DNA from: Thermoplasmatota archaeon
GTDB taxonomy: Archaea > Thermoplasmatota > E2 > UBA202 > JdFR-43
Direction: 5' to 3'
DNA length: 64,000 bases
Assembly (NCBI GenBank): GCA_029259055.1
Contig: JAPDJP010000016.1
Coordinates: 13,019 to 77,018, forward strand
This document shows positions 1-8,857 of the stretch, piece by piece. The notes beneath the pieces were generated by a model. The model had not been told where the DNA came from, did not search any database, and saw only the letters and a program-made list of their open reading frames with translations. How positions within the stretch are numbered: the first letter of the stretch is position 1; every line of letters begins with the position of its first letter. The translations under genes and the position numbers were made by a program.

Positions 1-2430
1 AACGAAGTTTGTGTTTATTGGGTGTTTGGAGTGCCATTGGATATAGAAATTAAAGATTTGGAAACAAAAAAGATAATTGGTAAAAGAAAAATCAATATTT
101 CAACTCTTGTTACATCAAGAATGCCGTTGCTAATGGAAATGGCATATAAATATAAAGAAAGTTTGGAGGGAGAAGGGGCCACAATTCTAATGACATTGTT
201 TAGTGAGTTGTATACAGAAATGAGAGCACTTGCTCAATATGGAGGAATGAAAACAAAGGTACCCAACATCGTTGATAATAGATGGTTGCAATATGTTGCA
301 AACGCTGTTTTATTAATTCAGCAGTTTGCAGTTTTTAATAGCATAGACCCTGTTACCATTATATGCCTCTTTCATAATATGAAAGATTTTGCTGCACAAG
401 GATTCCCAGAGAAAGAAGGAATTAAAGGAGATATAGAAGATATTTATAAAAACCAAGCGGAAGAAGCGCTTGAAATATTTGGAAACATTGATAAATATTC
501 CTTCTTTTCAATAGATGAAGATCCAGCTGTCGTCAATAAAACAAAAGAAAAAGTGAGTAAACCAAAATCAGAAAGAATGAACATAACGAGGTTAGCTGAA
601 GATTTATTATTTAATACAACCTATACTTATTATTATGTAAATAAAAGCGGAGATAAATGGGAAAATAAAACATTTCATGAATTCAGAGGTTATTGTTTTG
701 AAGAAAATGAAAAAAACTGGACATATGTTTCCCCTCCCTATTATATATATAAAAATGAATCAACCGGAGAGACTTTTCAATCACCATCTTATGAAGGAAA
801 ATGTATTATAAGAAATGGAAAATATTATGTCTATATTCCGCCAGATAATCAGTATAAAAGAGAGAAGATAAATAAGCTAAGTGATACTGTTCTGTCCCAG
901 TTGAGTAAAATAATAAATGAAACTTATTATGCAACTTTTGCTACCACCATAAATCGCCAAACTATATCAACATATTGGGAAGAAGGAGATCCAACAAAAG
1001 ATCCTTACTGGAATGAAGAAGAATCAACAACAGACTGGCGGTATATAAATGCTACTAAAGAAACAGAAGTACTTGAAAATGGAGATGTTATTTTACACTT
1101 CCCATATACAGAAACTTGGGTTGTTATATGGCATAAGAAGCACATATTTGTGCATAAGGAAAAAGAACCCGTTGTTGATGAAAATGGAAAAATTATTGGA
1201 TGGAAATGGGTAGTTAAGGAGAGAGAAACATTTATAGAAGTGAAGGAAGAAAGAGTAAAGTTCAAAATTTCAGTAATAACTACTGAAGATGTGATAAAGC
1301 CATTTAATATTACAAACATAACTTTATTTGTAAATAATATTTCCAATACATTTATTGATTACAATCTTCATAACATATCGAAAGATTTTGTTAAAGATTT
1401 CGTCACAAAAATAAGAGATAAAGGATTAAAAAATGAGATAAGTTGGGATATTACTACAAAAGGGAGAGGTATTACAAAAGGTAAAAATAAATATGCTATG
1501 AAATGGTTGTATGGTTTTGAGGGAGAAGTCGCAAAAGCATTAAAAGAAATTTATGAAGAAATTAAAAAAGATAATATTAGCGTAAAAATAACCGAAGAAT
1601 ACCAATATAGAAAGAAAGATTATGATGAAACGATAGAAAATCATATTGAACAACTTAAAAGAAAATTTTTAGAAAAAAAAGATAGATATATTGATAAGGA
1701 GAGATATAAGTTGGGAGATAAATATAAGAGCTGTGGAGCAAGAGTAATTGCAAAAATGAGAGCTTGGTATGTAAATACTTTATGGGAGATGCTTAATGAA
1801 TCAAAAGAGAAATTAAAGAAAAGTGTGGAAGATAATGTTACAAAAGCATTAGAAAAAAGGAATTTAGATAAGAGTTTATTTGAGAAGAGAAAAGAAGCGA
1901 AGGAATTAAATTTAGACATAAGCAATTTGCTACCATCATTACAATTTGGTTTAAATATGCCTCTTAAAAGGAATGAAACAATAGAGGAATGGGCTGGTTT
2001 TTCTATTGACCAAAAGCCAGATTATTTTAATTATAGAGAATCTGAAAAAGATTTATATCGTTTTAAAGTAAAAAATATTTGTTTGTTTGGTCCAACTGGC
2101 TTGCCACTCCTTCCAACACCGATTACTCCTTGGGTTATTACTATCAATGCATGGTATATAGAAGTAGAGGGAGAATATGAAGAATTTGAGATTACAGATA
2201 CAATTGGTGAGATGGTGCCACATGCATTATTTGGAGATGCAGAAACAAGCTTTGTATTGAGAAAGCATTCTATAGAAGATGAAATATGCTCTGGAGAAAC
2301 TATAGGGGATTGTGAACCTCTAGAATTTAAAATAAAAACTGTTAGTGTATGCATAACACCTCCCGGTTTTGTTGGAGATATTGATACTTATAGTTATACA
2401 AAAGAGCCTTTGGGACAAGGAGGAGGATAA
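1..2430 (+). CDS. Large hypothetical protein, 5'-truncated by the window edge (frame open from nt 1); Lys/Glu/Asn-rich with at least 15 N-x-S/T sequons; candidate N-glycosylated surface or structural protein
   Basis: Long ORF on the track (22..2430) whose frame stays open back to nt 1. No recognisable enzymatic motif. The C-terminal third is charged and coiled-coil-like. Sequon density was read directly from the translation. Confidence 0.6.
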   Translation, partial: NEVCVYWVFGVPLDIEIKDLETKKIIGKRKINISTLVTSRMPLLMEMAYKYKESLEGEGATILMTLFSELYTEMRALAQYGGMKTKVPNIVDNRWLQYVANAVLLIQQFAVFNSIDPVTIICLFHNMKDFAAQGFPEKEGIKGDIEDIYKNQAEEALEIFGNIDKYSFFSIDEDPAVVNKTKEKVSKPKSERMNITRLAEDLLFNTTYTYYYVNKSGDKWENKTFHEFRGYCFEENEKNWTYVSPPYYIYKNESTGETFQSPSYEGKCIIRNGKYYVYIPPDNQYKREKINKLSDTVLSQLSKIINETYYATFATTINRQTISTYWEEGDPTKDPYWNEEESTTDWRYINATKETEVLENGDVILHFPYTETWVVIWHKKHIFVHKEKEPVVDENGKIIGWKWVVKERETFIEVKEERVKFKISVITTEDVIKPFNITNITLFVNNISNTFIDYNLHNISKDFVKDFVTKIRDKGLKNEISWDITTKGRGITKGKNKYAMKWLYGFEGEVAKALKEIYEEIKKDNISVKITEEYQYRKKDYDETIENHIEQLKRKFLEKKDRYIDKERYKLGDKYKSCGARVIAKMRAWYVNTLWEMLNESKEKLKKSVEDNVTKALEKRNLDKSLFEKRKEAKELNLDISNLLPSLQFGLNMPLKRNETIEEWAGFSIDQKPDYFNYRESEKDLYRFKVKNICLFGPTGLPLLPTPITPWVITINAWYIEVEGEYEEFEITDTIGEMVPHALFGDAETSFVLRKHSIEDEICSGETIGDCEPLEFKIKTVSVCITPPGFVGDIDTYSYTKEPLGQGGG

Positions 2431-2431
2431 A

Positions 2432-2974
2432 TTGAGGTTTTTTTGGATTATAATTTTAATGTTGTTAAATTTCGGGATGGCAAAAGCTTGGGAATGTGAA
2501 TATGGAGAAGCAAAAGCATGGGTGAAATTATATGGAGAGAAAGAATGGAAAGAAGCAATTGTAAAGGGAATTACATTAAAAGTAAAAGAACCCTTCGAAA
2601 TAAAAATATTTATAAGAACAAAAATAGATTGTTGGGTTGCTTTCGAACTTTATGAGCCAGGAAAAACGAGAGCATATGAAGCAATAAAAGGGGGAGAATT
2701 AGAACGTTTTTATAATACTCAAGATCTGCCAGCAAATTGGACAAATACATACTATTTCAAAGTAAGACCTACTGGAAATTGGACAAGAGGGACGGCGCCC
2801 TTAAATCTTTTTGTCCAATTTACTAAAAGTATGGAGGATTATAAAACTATACATAAAACAGTAATATATGCATATATATCCCCAGAAAAATGGGAGGGGA
2901 AAAAAGAAATACCGGGATTTGAAGCAATATTTATAATTTTGCTTTTATTGTTTTTAGGTTATAAAAATGAATAA
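2432..2974 (+). CDS. Small secreted protein with a PGF-CTERM-like C-terminal sorting signal (putative archaeosortase substrate)
   Basis: In-frame TTG at 2432 lies 5 nt after an AGGAGGA Shine-Dalgarno at 2421-2427, just past the stop of the upstream gene. N-terminal signal-peptide-like RFFWIIILMLLNFGMAKA. C-terminus is IPGF + hydrophobic helix + YKNE. The track ORF 2369..2974 overlaps the upstream gene, so the later start is preferred. Confidence 0.6.
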   Translation: MRFFWIIILMLLNFGMAKAWECEYGEAKAWVKLYGEKEWKEAIVKGITLKVKEPFEIKIFIRTKIDCWVAFELYEPGKTRAYEAIKGGELERFYNTQDLPANWTNTYYFKVRPTGNWTRGTAPLNLFVQFTKSMEDYKTIHKTVIYAYISPEKWEGKKEIPGFEAIFIILLLLFLGYKNE

Positions 2975-3830
2975 AGAAGGAGCAACATTTATTCCTATAC
3001 GCCTGTTAATGAGTATTGTAGTTATAGCTGTCATTTCCATGTTATTATATACAGGAATAAAGAATTGGATGATTATCTCCGCAGAAAATAATGTTCAAGA
3101 ACAAATAGGAGAACTTGTAGCAATGTTTCAAGAAATGATTAGTGGCAGTGCAAGAGATGTTTTGTATGAAAATTTTAAGATACAAAGCGGAGAGGTAAGA
3201 ACATTTACCTTTAATTTACCATCCTCTCTTATATATTTAGGAATAGGTACAGACCCAGATCCAGACAATGATGGTAAATTGGAGAGAGGAATAATGGAAG
3301 ATGGAAAAGTTATTGTATATAGAATTGGGAAAGGAAGCAAAAAATTTTATTGGCTTAATATAAAAATAAGGCTGGGAAAATACGAAGAAGGAAACTGGAT
3401 AATAAAAAAACCCGCAGAAGGCTTAATATTAACTAAAGGAAAATATAAAATATCTTTTGAATTGGTAGAATATCATTATGAAAAATATATACTTATACAT
3501 GCAAATAATTCCGAATCGATACCATATTTAGATACCAACCCTCCAATAATAAATATAAAGGAGCCAAAAAATGGTGAATATCCATATGGAGATATTTGCC
3601 TCAAATGGTTTGTATATGATGAAAAGGGTATAGAATCAATTAAAATTGTTTATAAAAACGAAACAACAGATTGGATTTTATTGGAAGAAAGGCAGGAATG
3701 GGAAAGCTGGGAATATACAATTGAGAAAGAGAAAATGATTGGCAATGAAAAGTATTGGATAAGGGTCATTGCAAAAGATAAAGGAGGCAACACCGCTTAT
3801 GATGAAATTGAAATTTTTCTTAAAATATAG
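2967..3830 (+). CDS. Membrane-anchored extracellular protein (N-terminal TM helix) with a C-terminal Ig-like AxDxxGN domain
   Basis: N-terminal hydrophobic segment LLMSIVVIAVISMLLY. The C-terminal ~70 aa (IRVIAKDKGGNTAYDEIEIF) resemble the C-terminus of 10000..11397 and the N-terminus of 45948..48722. Confidence 0.6.
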   Translation: MNKEGATFIPIRLLMSIVVIAVISMLLYTGIKNWMIISAENNVQEQIGELVAMFQEMISGSARDVLYENFKIQSGEVRTFTFNLPSSLIYLGIGTDPDPDNDGKLERGIMEDGKVIVYRIGKGSKKFYWLNIKIRLGKYEEGNWIIKKPAEGLILTKGKYKISFELVEYHYEKYILIHANNSESIPYLDTNPPIINIKEPKNGEYPYGDICLKWFVYDEKGIESIKIVYKNETTDWILLEERQEWESWEYTIEKEKMIGNEKYWIRVIAKDKGGNTAYDEIEIFLKI

Positions 3831-3902
3831 CGGGGCGTGGATTTGAACCACGGATCTTCGGGTTATGAGCCCGACGGGTTTTCCTGACTACCCCACCCCG
3901 CT
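3828..3902 (-). tRNA. tRNA-Met (CAT), initiator type
   Basis: Manual cloverleaf: acceptor AGCGGGG/CCCCGCT with an A1:U72 pair, anticodon loop CTCATAA, three consecutive G-C pairs in the anticodon stem, T-loop TTCAAAT, discriminator A, no encoded CCA. A1:U72 plus the GGG/CCC anticodon stem are hallmarks of archaeal initiator tRNA. Confidence 0.9.
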
Positions 3903-3976
3903 ATCTGCTATTATAATGGCATTGTAATTTAAACTTTACTATCAGAAGTTTTAAAACATCCTTATAATTTTATTCT

Positions 3977-4135
3977 ATGCAATATTATGCAACAGTTCCA
4001 ATGGGATTAGAAGAGATAGCAGCTGAAGAAATAAGAGAATTTGGAGGAAAAATATATGAAATAAGAAAAGGGAGAGGGAGAATATTTTTTGAAGGAGAGT
4101 TGGAGCTTATTCCGAAAATAAACTTTTTTCGGTAG
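3977..4135 (+). pseudogene. N-terminal fragment (52 aa) of a THUMP-domain tRNA N2-guanine methyltransferase, separated from the rest of the gene by a frameshift at a T6 run
   Basis: MQYYATVPMGLEEIAAEEIREFGG matches the conserved N-terminus of Trm14/COG0116 proteins. It ends at TAG 4133-4135. Deleting one T from the ctttttt run at about 4125-4131 fuses it in frame to the 4152..5066 ORF. Confidence 0.6.
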
Positions 4136-4151
4136 AACTATAGAAAGGCTG

Positions 4152-5066
4152 ATGATATTATTGGAAAGTAAAAAATTTTCTAATTTAGAAGAGATATATA
4201 AAATTGTAAAGCAAATAGATTTTGATTTCATAAAACCTGAACAATCTTTTGCAATAAGGGCATTAAGAGTAGGAGAACATGATTTTACATCAATAGATAT
4301 AGGTAGAGTGGCGGGGCAGGCGGTTATAGATTCCTATAAAGAAAGTAAAGGAATAAGGTTAAAAGTTAATTTAGACGAGCCAGATGTAATAATAAGGACA
4401 GATGTAATTCATAATGAGCTATATGTTGGTATCGATACCACAGGAGATGATGCGCTACATAAGAGATGGTATAGAGTTTATAATCATCCAGCTCCTCTTA
4501 ATTCTGCTATTGCATCCTGCATGATTAGGTTGGCAAATTGGAATAAAAATAAAAGTTTATTTGACCCGATGTGTGGTGGAGGAACTATTCCTATTGAAGC
4601 TGCTTTAAAGGAAAGAAATATTCCAATAGGGAAAAATAGAGAATTTGCATATTTTAAGTTATATGGGAAGATTTTGCCATATATAGAAGAAAATAGAGAA
4701 TTCATGGAAATATATGGGATGGATAAATTTAAAAAACATGTTAATGGCGCTATTAGAAATGCTGAGTCTGCGGGAGTGAAAGATACAATAAATTTTTTTC
4801 AAGGAGATGCCACGCTCAAAAAATTGGAAGCGGATATAATTATAACAAATCCTCCATATGGATTGAGAATCGGGAGTAAAAGAATTTTGAAGGATTTATA
4901 TAGCAAATTTGTTGAAAATTTATTTGCTGATAAAATCGTTGTTATAACCGCAGAATACAAAATTTTTGAGAGCTTCTTAGAGAATCATTATTATGATTAT
5001 TATAAGATACCAGTTAAATATGGAAACTTAGATGCAAGGATTTTTGTGGTGGGTAAATTAAAATAA
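4152..5066 (+). CDS. THUMP-domain RNA (guanine-N2) methyltransferase body (Trm14/TrmN/RlmL-like, COG0116); N-terminus is in the upstream fragment
   Basis: SAM motif I DPMCGGGTIPIEAA and motif IV NPPYG, typical of N2-G/N6-A methyltransferases. A THUMP-like region precedes them. Confidence 0.8.
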   Translation: MILLESKKFSNLEEIYKIVKQIDFDFIKPEQSFAIRALRVGEHDFTSIDIGRVAGQAVIDSYKESKGIRLKVNLDEPDVIIRTDVIHNELYVGIDTTGDDALHKRWYRVYNHPAPLNSAIASCMIRLANWNKNKSLFDPMCGGGTIPIEAALKERNIPIGKNREFAYFKLYGKILPYIEENREFMEIYGMDKFKKHVNGAIRNAESAGVKDTINFFQGDATLKKLEADIIITNPPYGLRIGSKRILKDLYSKFVENLFADKIVVITAEYKIFESFLENHYYDYYKIPVKYGNLDARIFVVGKLK

Positions 5067-5081
5067 GGGAATAATATAAAA

Positions 5082-5474
5082 ATGATGAAAGTAAGAATTA
5101 GCGCTACTATACCAGAAGACATTATAAAAAAATTTGATGAGATTTGCAATGAATTAAATTATAAAAATAGAAGCAATGCAATTTCTCAAGCTTTATATGA
5201 ATTTATAATAGCAAATAAATGGACAAAACAGGAAGGTAAAATAGCTGGAGCCATATTAATTACATATCCTCATAAAGAGAGCGAAAATTTAACAGAAATT
5301 CAGCATGATTATAATGATATAATAAATGCAAGCATGCACATTCATTTAAGCAAGGAACAGTGTCTTGAAATAATTGCGGTAAATGGAGAAGCAAAAAGGG
5401 TTAGACAATTATTTAAGAAACTGAGAGGATTAAAAAATATCTTATCAGCTAAGATAGTTACATCTGCCTACTAA
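5082..5474 (+). CDS. nikR: NikR-family nickel-responsive transcriptional regulator
   Basis: N-terminal ribbon-helix-helix (KVRISATIPEDIIKKFDEI) and C-terminal ACT-like metal-binding domain with a His cluster (HIHLSKEQC). Confidence 0.75.
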   Translation: MMKVRISATIPEDIIKKFDEICNELNYKNRSNAISQALYEFIIANKWTKQEGKIAGAILITYPHKESENLTEIQHDYNDIINASMHIHLSKEQCLEIIAVNGEAKRVRQLFKKLRGLKNILSAKIVTSAY

Positions 5475-5490
5475 AATTTTAAATCACAAA

Positions 5491-5967
5491 ATGGATAAGA
5501 AAATTATGCTAGAAAAGATTGCGAATTTATTGAAAGAAAAAAAGATTTGGATTGCAACAGCTGAATCTTGTACAGGAGGATTGATAGGGCATATGCTTAC
5601 CAATATACCAGGAAGTTCCGAATATTATAAAGGAGGCGTTGTTGCTTATAGCAATGAAATAAAGATAAAAGTTCTCGGAGTTAAAGAAGAAACCTTAAAA
5701 AAGTATGGAGCTGTCTCCGAACAGACAGCAAAAGAAATGGCTATAGGAATAAAAAATTTGATGGACGTTGATATAGGAATATCAACAACTGGCATAGCGG
5801 GGCCTGGTGGAGCAACGCCAACAAAACCAGTGGGTCTTGTATATGTTGGGCTGGCGGGGGAGGAAGTCGAAGCAAGAAAATTTTTGTTTAGTGGAAATAG
5901 ATTACAAAATAAGGAAAATTTTGCTAAATCAGCTTTAAATATGCTTTTGGAATATCTTGAAAGATGA
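5491..5967 (+). CDS. CinA C-terminal domain protein (PncC-like nicotinamide-nucleotide amidohydrolase family)
   Basis: WIATAESCTGGL motif and length typical of stand-alone CinA-C/PncC. Its stop overlaps the rtcA start (ATGA). Confidence 0.8.
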   Translation: MDKKIMLEKIANLLKEKKIWIATAESCTGGLIGHMLTNIPGSSEYYKGGVVAYSNEIKIKVLGVKEETLKKYGAVSEQTAKEMAIGIKNLMDVDIGISTTGIAGPGGATPTKPVGLVYVGLAGEEVEARKFLFSGNRLQNKENFAKSALNMLLEYLER

Positions 5968-6971
5968 TTGAAATAGATGGCAGTTATGGTGAAGGAGGAG
6001 GACAAATTTTAAGGATGAGTATTGCATTGGCAGCATTAACAAAAAAGCCGGTTAAAGTTTTTAATATAAGGGCGAACCGCCCCAATCCTGGATTAAGAAG
6101 ACAACATATGACAGCAATAGAAGCGGTCGCAAAAATATGTAATGCAAAGACTAAAGGATTGCATGTCGGTTCAAGCGTGATAGAATTTCATCCTGGAGAA
6201 TTAACGGGAGGAATATATAAATTTGATGTGGGAACAGCTGGAAGTATAACCCTTGTTTTGCAGGCTTGTTTATTGCCTTCCATATTTGCTGAAAAAGAAA
6301 CGAATTTGAGGATAAAGGGAGGAACAGATGTTAAATGGGCTCCTCCTTGGGACTATTTTAAGAATGTTTTTATTCCATTGTTAAAAAAGATGGGTATAGA
6401 GATTGAAGCAAACTTGATAAGGAGAGGATATTATCCAGTTGGGAATGGTGAGGTGGAAGTAAAAATTAAACCTTGTAAAAAAATAAAGAAATTGGAATTT
6501 AAGGAAGAAATTAATAAAATAGAGGGGGTAGTTAATATAGCGAATTTGCCTATAGATATAGCAAGAAGAATAAAAAAGAGTGCAGAAAATAAACTTACAG
6601 CATTAAAAGAGACGGAAATAAGAATAGAAAATGCGAAGGCAGATTGTCCAGGTGTTGGTATAGTTTTATGGACAAAAGAAAAGATTTTGGGGGCAGATTC
6701 ATTAGGTGAAAAAGGAAAACCAGCAGAAAAAGTTGGGGAGGAATGCGCCCAAAAACTTATAGAAGAAATAGAAGCAGATGTTGATTTAGACGAAAAAGCT
6801 GTTGATCAGCTATTGCCTTATTTTGCTGTTTCTAGCGAAGAAAGCGTGTTTAAATGCAGACAAATAAGTAAGCATGCTGAAACGGAAATATGGCTTATTA
6901 AAAAATTTATTAATACTGAATTTGAAATAAAGGAAGATAAAGTTTATGAAGTAAAAGTTATTCCTCAATGA
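5964..6971 (+). CDS. rtcA: RNA 3'-terminal phosphate cyclase
   Basis: N-terminal IDGSYGEGGGQILRMSIALAAL and the RRQHMTAIEA His-containing segment; 335 aa, typical RtcA size. Confidence 0.9.
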   Translation: MIEIDGSYGEGGGQILRMSIALAALTKKPVKVFNIRANRPNPGLRRQHMTAIEAVAKICNAKTKGLHVGSSVIEFHPGELTGGIYKFDVGTAGSITLVLQACLLPSIFAEKETNLRIKGGTDVKWAPPWDYFKNVFIPLLKKMGIEIEANLIRRGYYPVGNGEVEVKIKPCKKIKKLEFKEEINKIEGVVNIANLPIDIARRIKKSAENKLTALKETEIRIENAKADCPGVGIVLWTKEKILGADSLGEKGKPAEKVGEECAQKLIEEIEADVDLDEKAVDQLLPYFAVSSEESVFKCRQISKHAETEIWLIKKFINTEFEIKEDKVYEVKVIPQ

Positions 6972-7696
6972 TGAAGATTGCGCATATTTCAGATTTGCAT
7001 ATAACAGGAAGCAATTTTGTTAAGGAATGGGGAGAAAATTTAATAAAAATTTTAAATGAAATAAAGCCAGATATTGTCGTTATTACAGGAGATTTAACAG
7101 ATGATGGTTATATTCATGAATATGAAATAGTCAGAAATTATTTAAAAAGAATAAAAGCTGAAAAGCTTATTGTTCCTGGAAATCATGATGCAAGAAATAA
7201 AGGATATGAAATTTTTGAAGAAATTTTTGGCACTCGCTACCCCTTTTATGAAGATGATGAATTGTGCATTTTGGGAATTGATTCAAGTGAGCCGGATGTT
7301 GATGATGGGCATATAGGAAGGGAAAATTACCCATTGATAAAGAAGAAACTGGAAAATGAAAAAATAAAAATAAAATTAATGGCCTTACACCATCATCTCA
7401 TTCCTATTCCAGGAACTGGAAGAGAAAGAAATATACCAATAGATGCTGGCGATGTATTAAATTTATGCATCAAATTAGATATAAGATTGGTTTTATCTGG
7501 ACATAAACATCTGCCATGGATTTGGAAATTACAGAATACATATTTTGTTACTGCTGGCACAGCATGCTCTCGCCGTCTCAAAGGAAAATCATATCCATCT
7601 TTTAATTTCATCGAAATAGATGAAGGAATAAGAATTAAAGAAATAAATGTTGTTAATGGAGAAAGAAAAGAAAAATTATATTCCAAGTTGTATTAA
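6968..7696 (+). CDS. Calcineurin-like metallophosphoesterase
   Basis: Motifs ISDLHI, ITGDLTDDG, PGNHD, GHKH. Translationally coupled to rtcA. Confidence 0.8.
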   Translation: MMKIAHISDLHITGSNFVKEWGENLIKILNEIKPDIVVITGDLTDDGYIHEYEIVRNYLKRIKAEKLIVPGNHDARNKGYEIFEEIFGTRYPFYEDDELCILGIDSSEPDVDDGHIGRENYPLIKKKLENEKIKIKLMALHHHLIPIPGTGRERNIPIDAGDVLNLCIKLDIRLVLSGHKHLPWIWKLQNTYFVTAGTACSRRLKGKSYPSFNFIEIDEGIRIKEINVVNGERKEKLYSKLY

Positions 7697-7861
7697 AATC
7701 AGAATTATTAGGAAAAAAAGAGCTGCATACATTATATAAATGTACATTTTTCTTTTTTTAATAAAATTTTCATATTCCTTCTTGCATTTCTCGCTACATA
7801 CTATTTCTCCATATTTTATTGCTTTTCCACATATCTGGCAATGACTATGAGGGGGAATCAT
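7676..7861 (-). CDS. Small zinc-ribbon protein with a C-terminal TM helix (hypothetical)
   Basis: CQICGK...CSEKC four-Cys arrangement followed by a hydrophobic tail; short and weakly supported. Confidence 0.35.
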   Translation of the reverse strand: MIPPHSHCQICGKAIKYGEIVCSEKCKKEYENFIKKRKMYIYIMYAALFFLIILILIQLGI

Positions 7862-8508
7862 GTTATCACTATTGTGCCATTAAACTTCTTCCCATATATA
7901 GCATTTTCTAATTCTTGCAAATTGCTCCCATTCAAAACAACCGTTTTTATCTTTTCTTTCCCTATTATTCTACATGCTATTGAATCAACAACAACATTTT
8001 CTCCCGCCCTCCATTTTCTTCCTACAATTTTCTTTAAATCCTCGATTTTTATTTTATCGAGTTTTTTAGCATCTCTATATTTTTTTGGGTCTTTATCATA
8101 AATGCCATCAACATTTGTTGCGATAATGAGTAAATCAGCTTTTACCTGTTTAGCAAGCATTGCCGCAACAGCATCGGTTGAATGACCAGGCGTTGTACCG
8201 CCCATTATTACAGGCGGGGCCATTTTGCTGGCTGTTTCAATTGTACATGGAATTTTTCTTTTAAAAAAGGAGTTAAGGAGCAATGCATTCAAACGAGTTG
8301 CCATTATTCCCAATTTATCTAAATATGCCTCATCCTTGCAAAATTTTCTTGCCGTATTTATATATCCTCTGGCTGTTTTCCCTCCCCCAACAACAATATA
8401 TAAATCAATATTTTTCGATACTCTTTTAATGAATCCCGCTAACTCTTCTATAAATTCGGGCTTTTCTAAAGAAATTAAAGAGCCACCCAATGAAATAACC
8501 ACTTTCAT
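7858..8508 (-). CDS. pyrH: Uridylate kinase (archaeal UMP kinase)
   Basis: Amino-acid-kinase fold motifs KVVISLGGS and IVVGGGKTARGY; ~216 aa as in archaeal PyrH. Confidence 0.85.
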   Translation of the reverse strand: MKVVISLGGSLISLEKPEFIEELAGFIKRVSKNIDLYIVVGGGKTARGYINTARKFCKDEAYLDKLGIMATRLNALLLNSFFKRKIPCTIETASKMAPPVIMGGTTPGHSTDAVAAMLAKQVKADLLIIATNVDGIYDKDPKKYRDAKKLDKIKIEDLKKIVGRKWRAGENVVVDSIACRIIGKEKIKTVVLNGSNLQELENAIYGKKFNGTIVIT

Positions 8509-8563
8509 AAAAGTTATAAAAATTTTTAATAAAAAGTTTTAAGATGATTTTTTATATCCATTC

Positions 8564-8857
8564 ATGCGAAAATATTCCATAAAAAGGGGACATAATCCAG
8601 ATTTAGATGCATTGATTAAAAAATATTTTGGTGTTGTAGGAGATGTTGAGAAAGGTGTAGAATTTTATGCTGAAGGAATCGGGAAAATTTATATGAAAAA
8701 AGAAGGGAAAAATTTAATTGTAGATATAATCCCTCCAGAAAAAGTTGAGGCAAGTTATGAAATAATAAAGAAATGGAATGAATTTTTATTTGAAGCAACA
8801 GGCAGAACCGCCAAGGAAAGAAAAAAATTAATGGAGAAGGAAGTAATGGGAAAATGA
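8564..8857 (+). CDS. Conserved hypothetical protein (97 aa)
   Basis: ORF only; no recognised motif. Confidence 0.4.
   Translation: MRKYSIKRGHNPDLDALIKKYFGVVGDVEKGVEFYAEGIGKIYMKKEGKNLIVDIIPPEKVEASYEIIKKWNEFLFEATGRTAKERKKLMEKEVMGK

Noticed and set aside
1005-1346. Antisense ORFs nested inside long genes (this one; also 1641..1925, 2031..2354, 12238..12944, 14261..14527, 42846..43712, 39086..39877 and similar)
   Set aside because: They lie entirely within confidently assigned genes on the opposite strand. Their low-complexity translations are typical of shadow ORFs in AT-rich DNA.
2967-3060. Class III (type IV pilin-like) signal peptide at the N-terminus of the 287-aa protein
   Set aside because: MNKEGATFIPIRLLMSIVV lacks the K/R at -2 before the Gly and the conserved +1 to +5 pattern expected for prepilin peptidase substrates. 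It is better treated as a generic N-terminal membrane anchor.
7841-8101. 86-aa plus-strand ORF
   Set aside because: It is antisense to the uridylate kinase gene and has a low-complexity hydrophobic translation.
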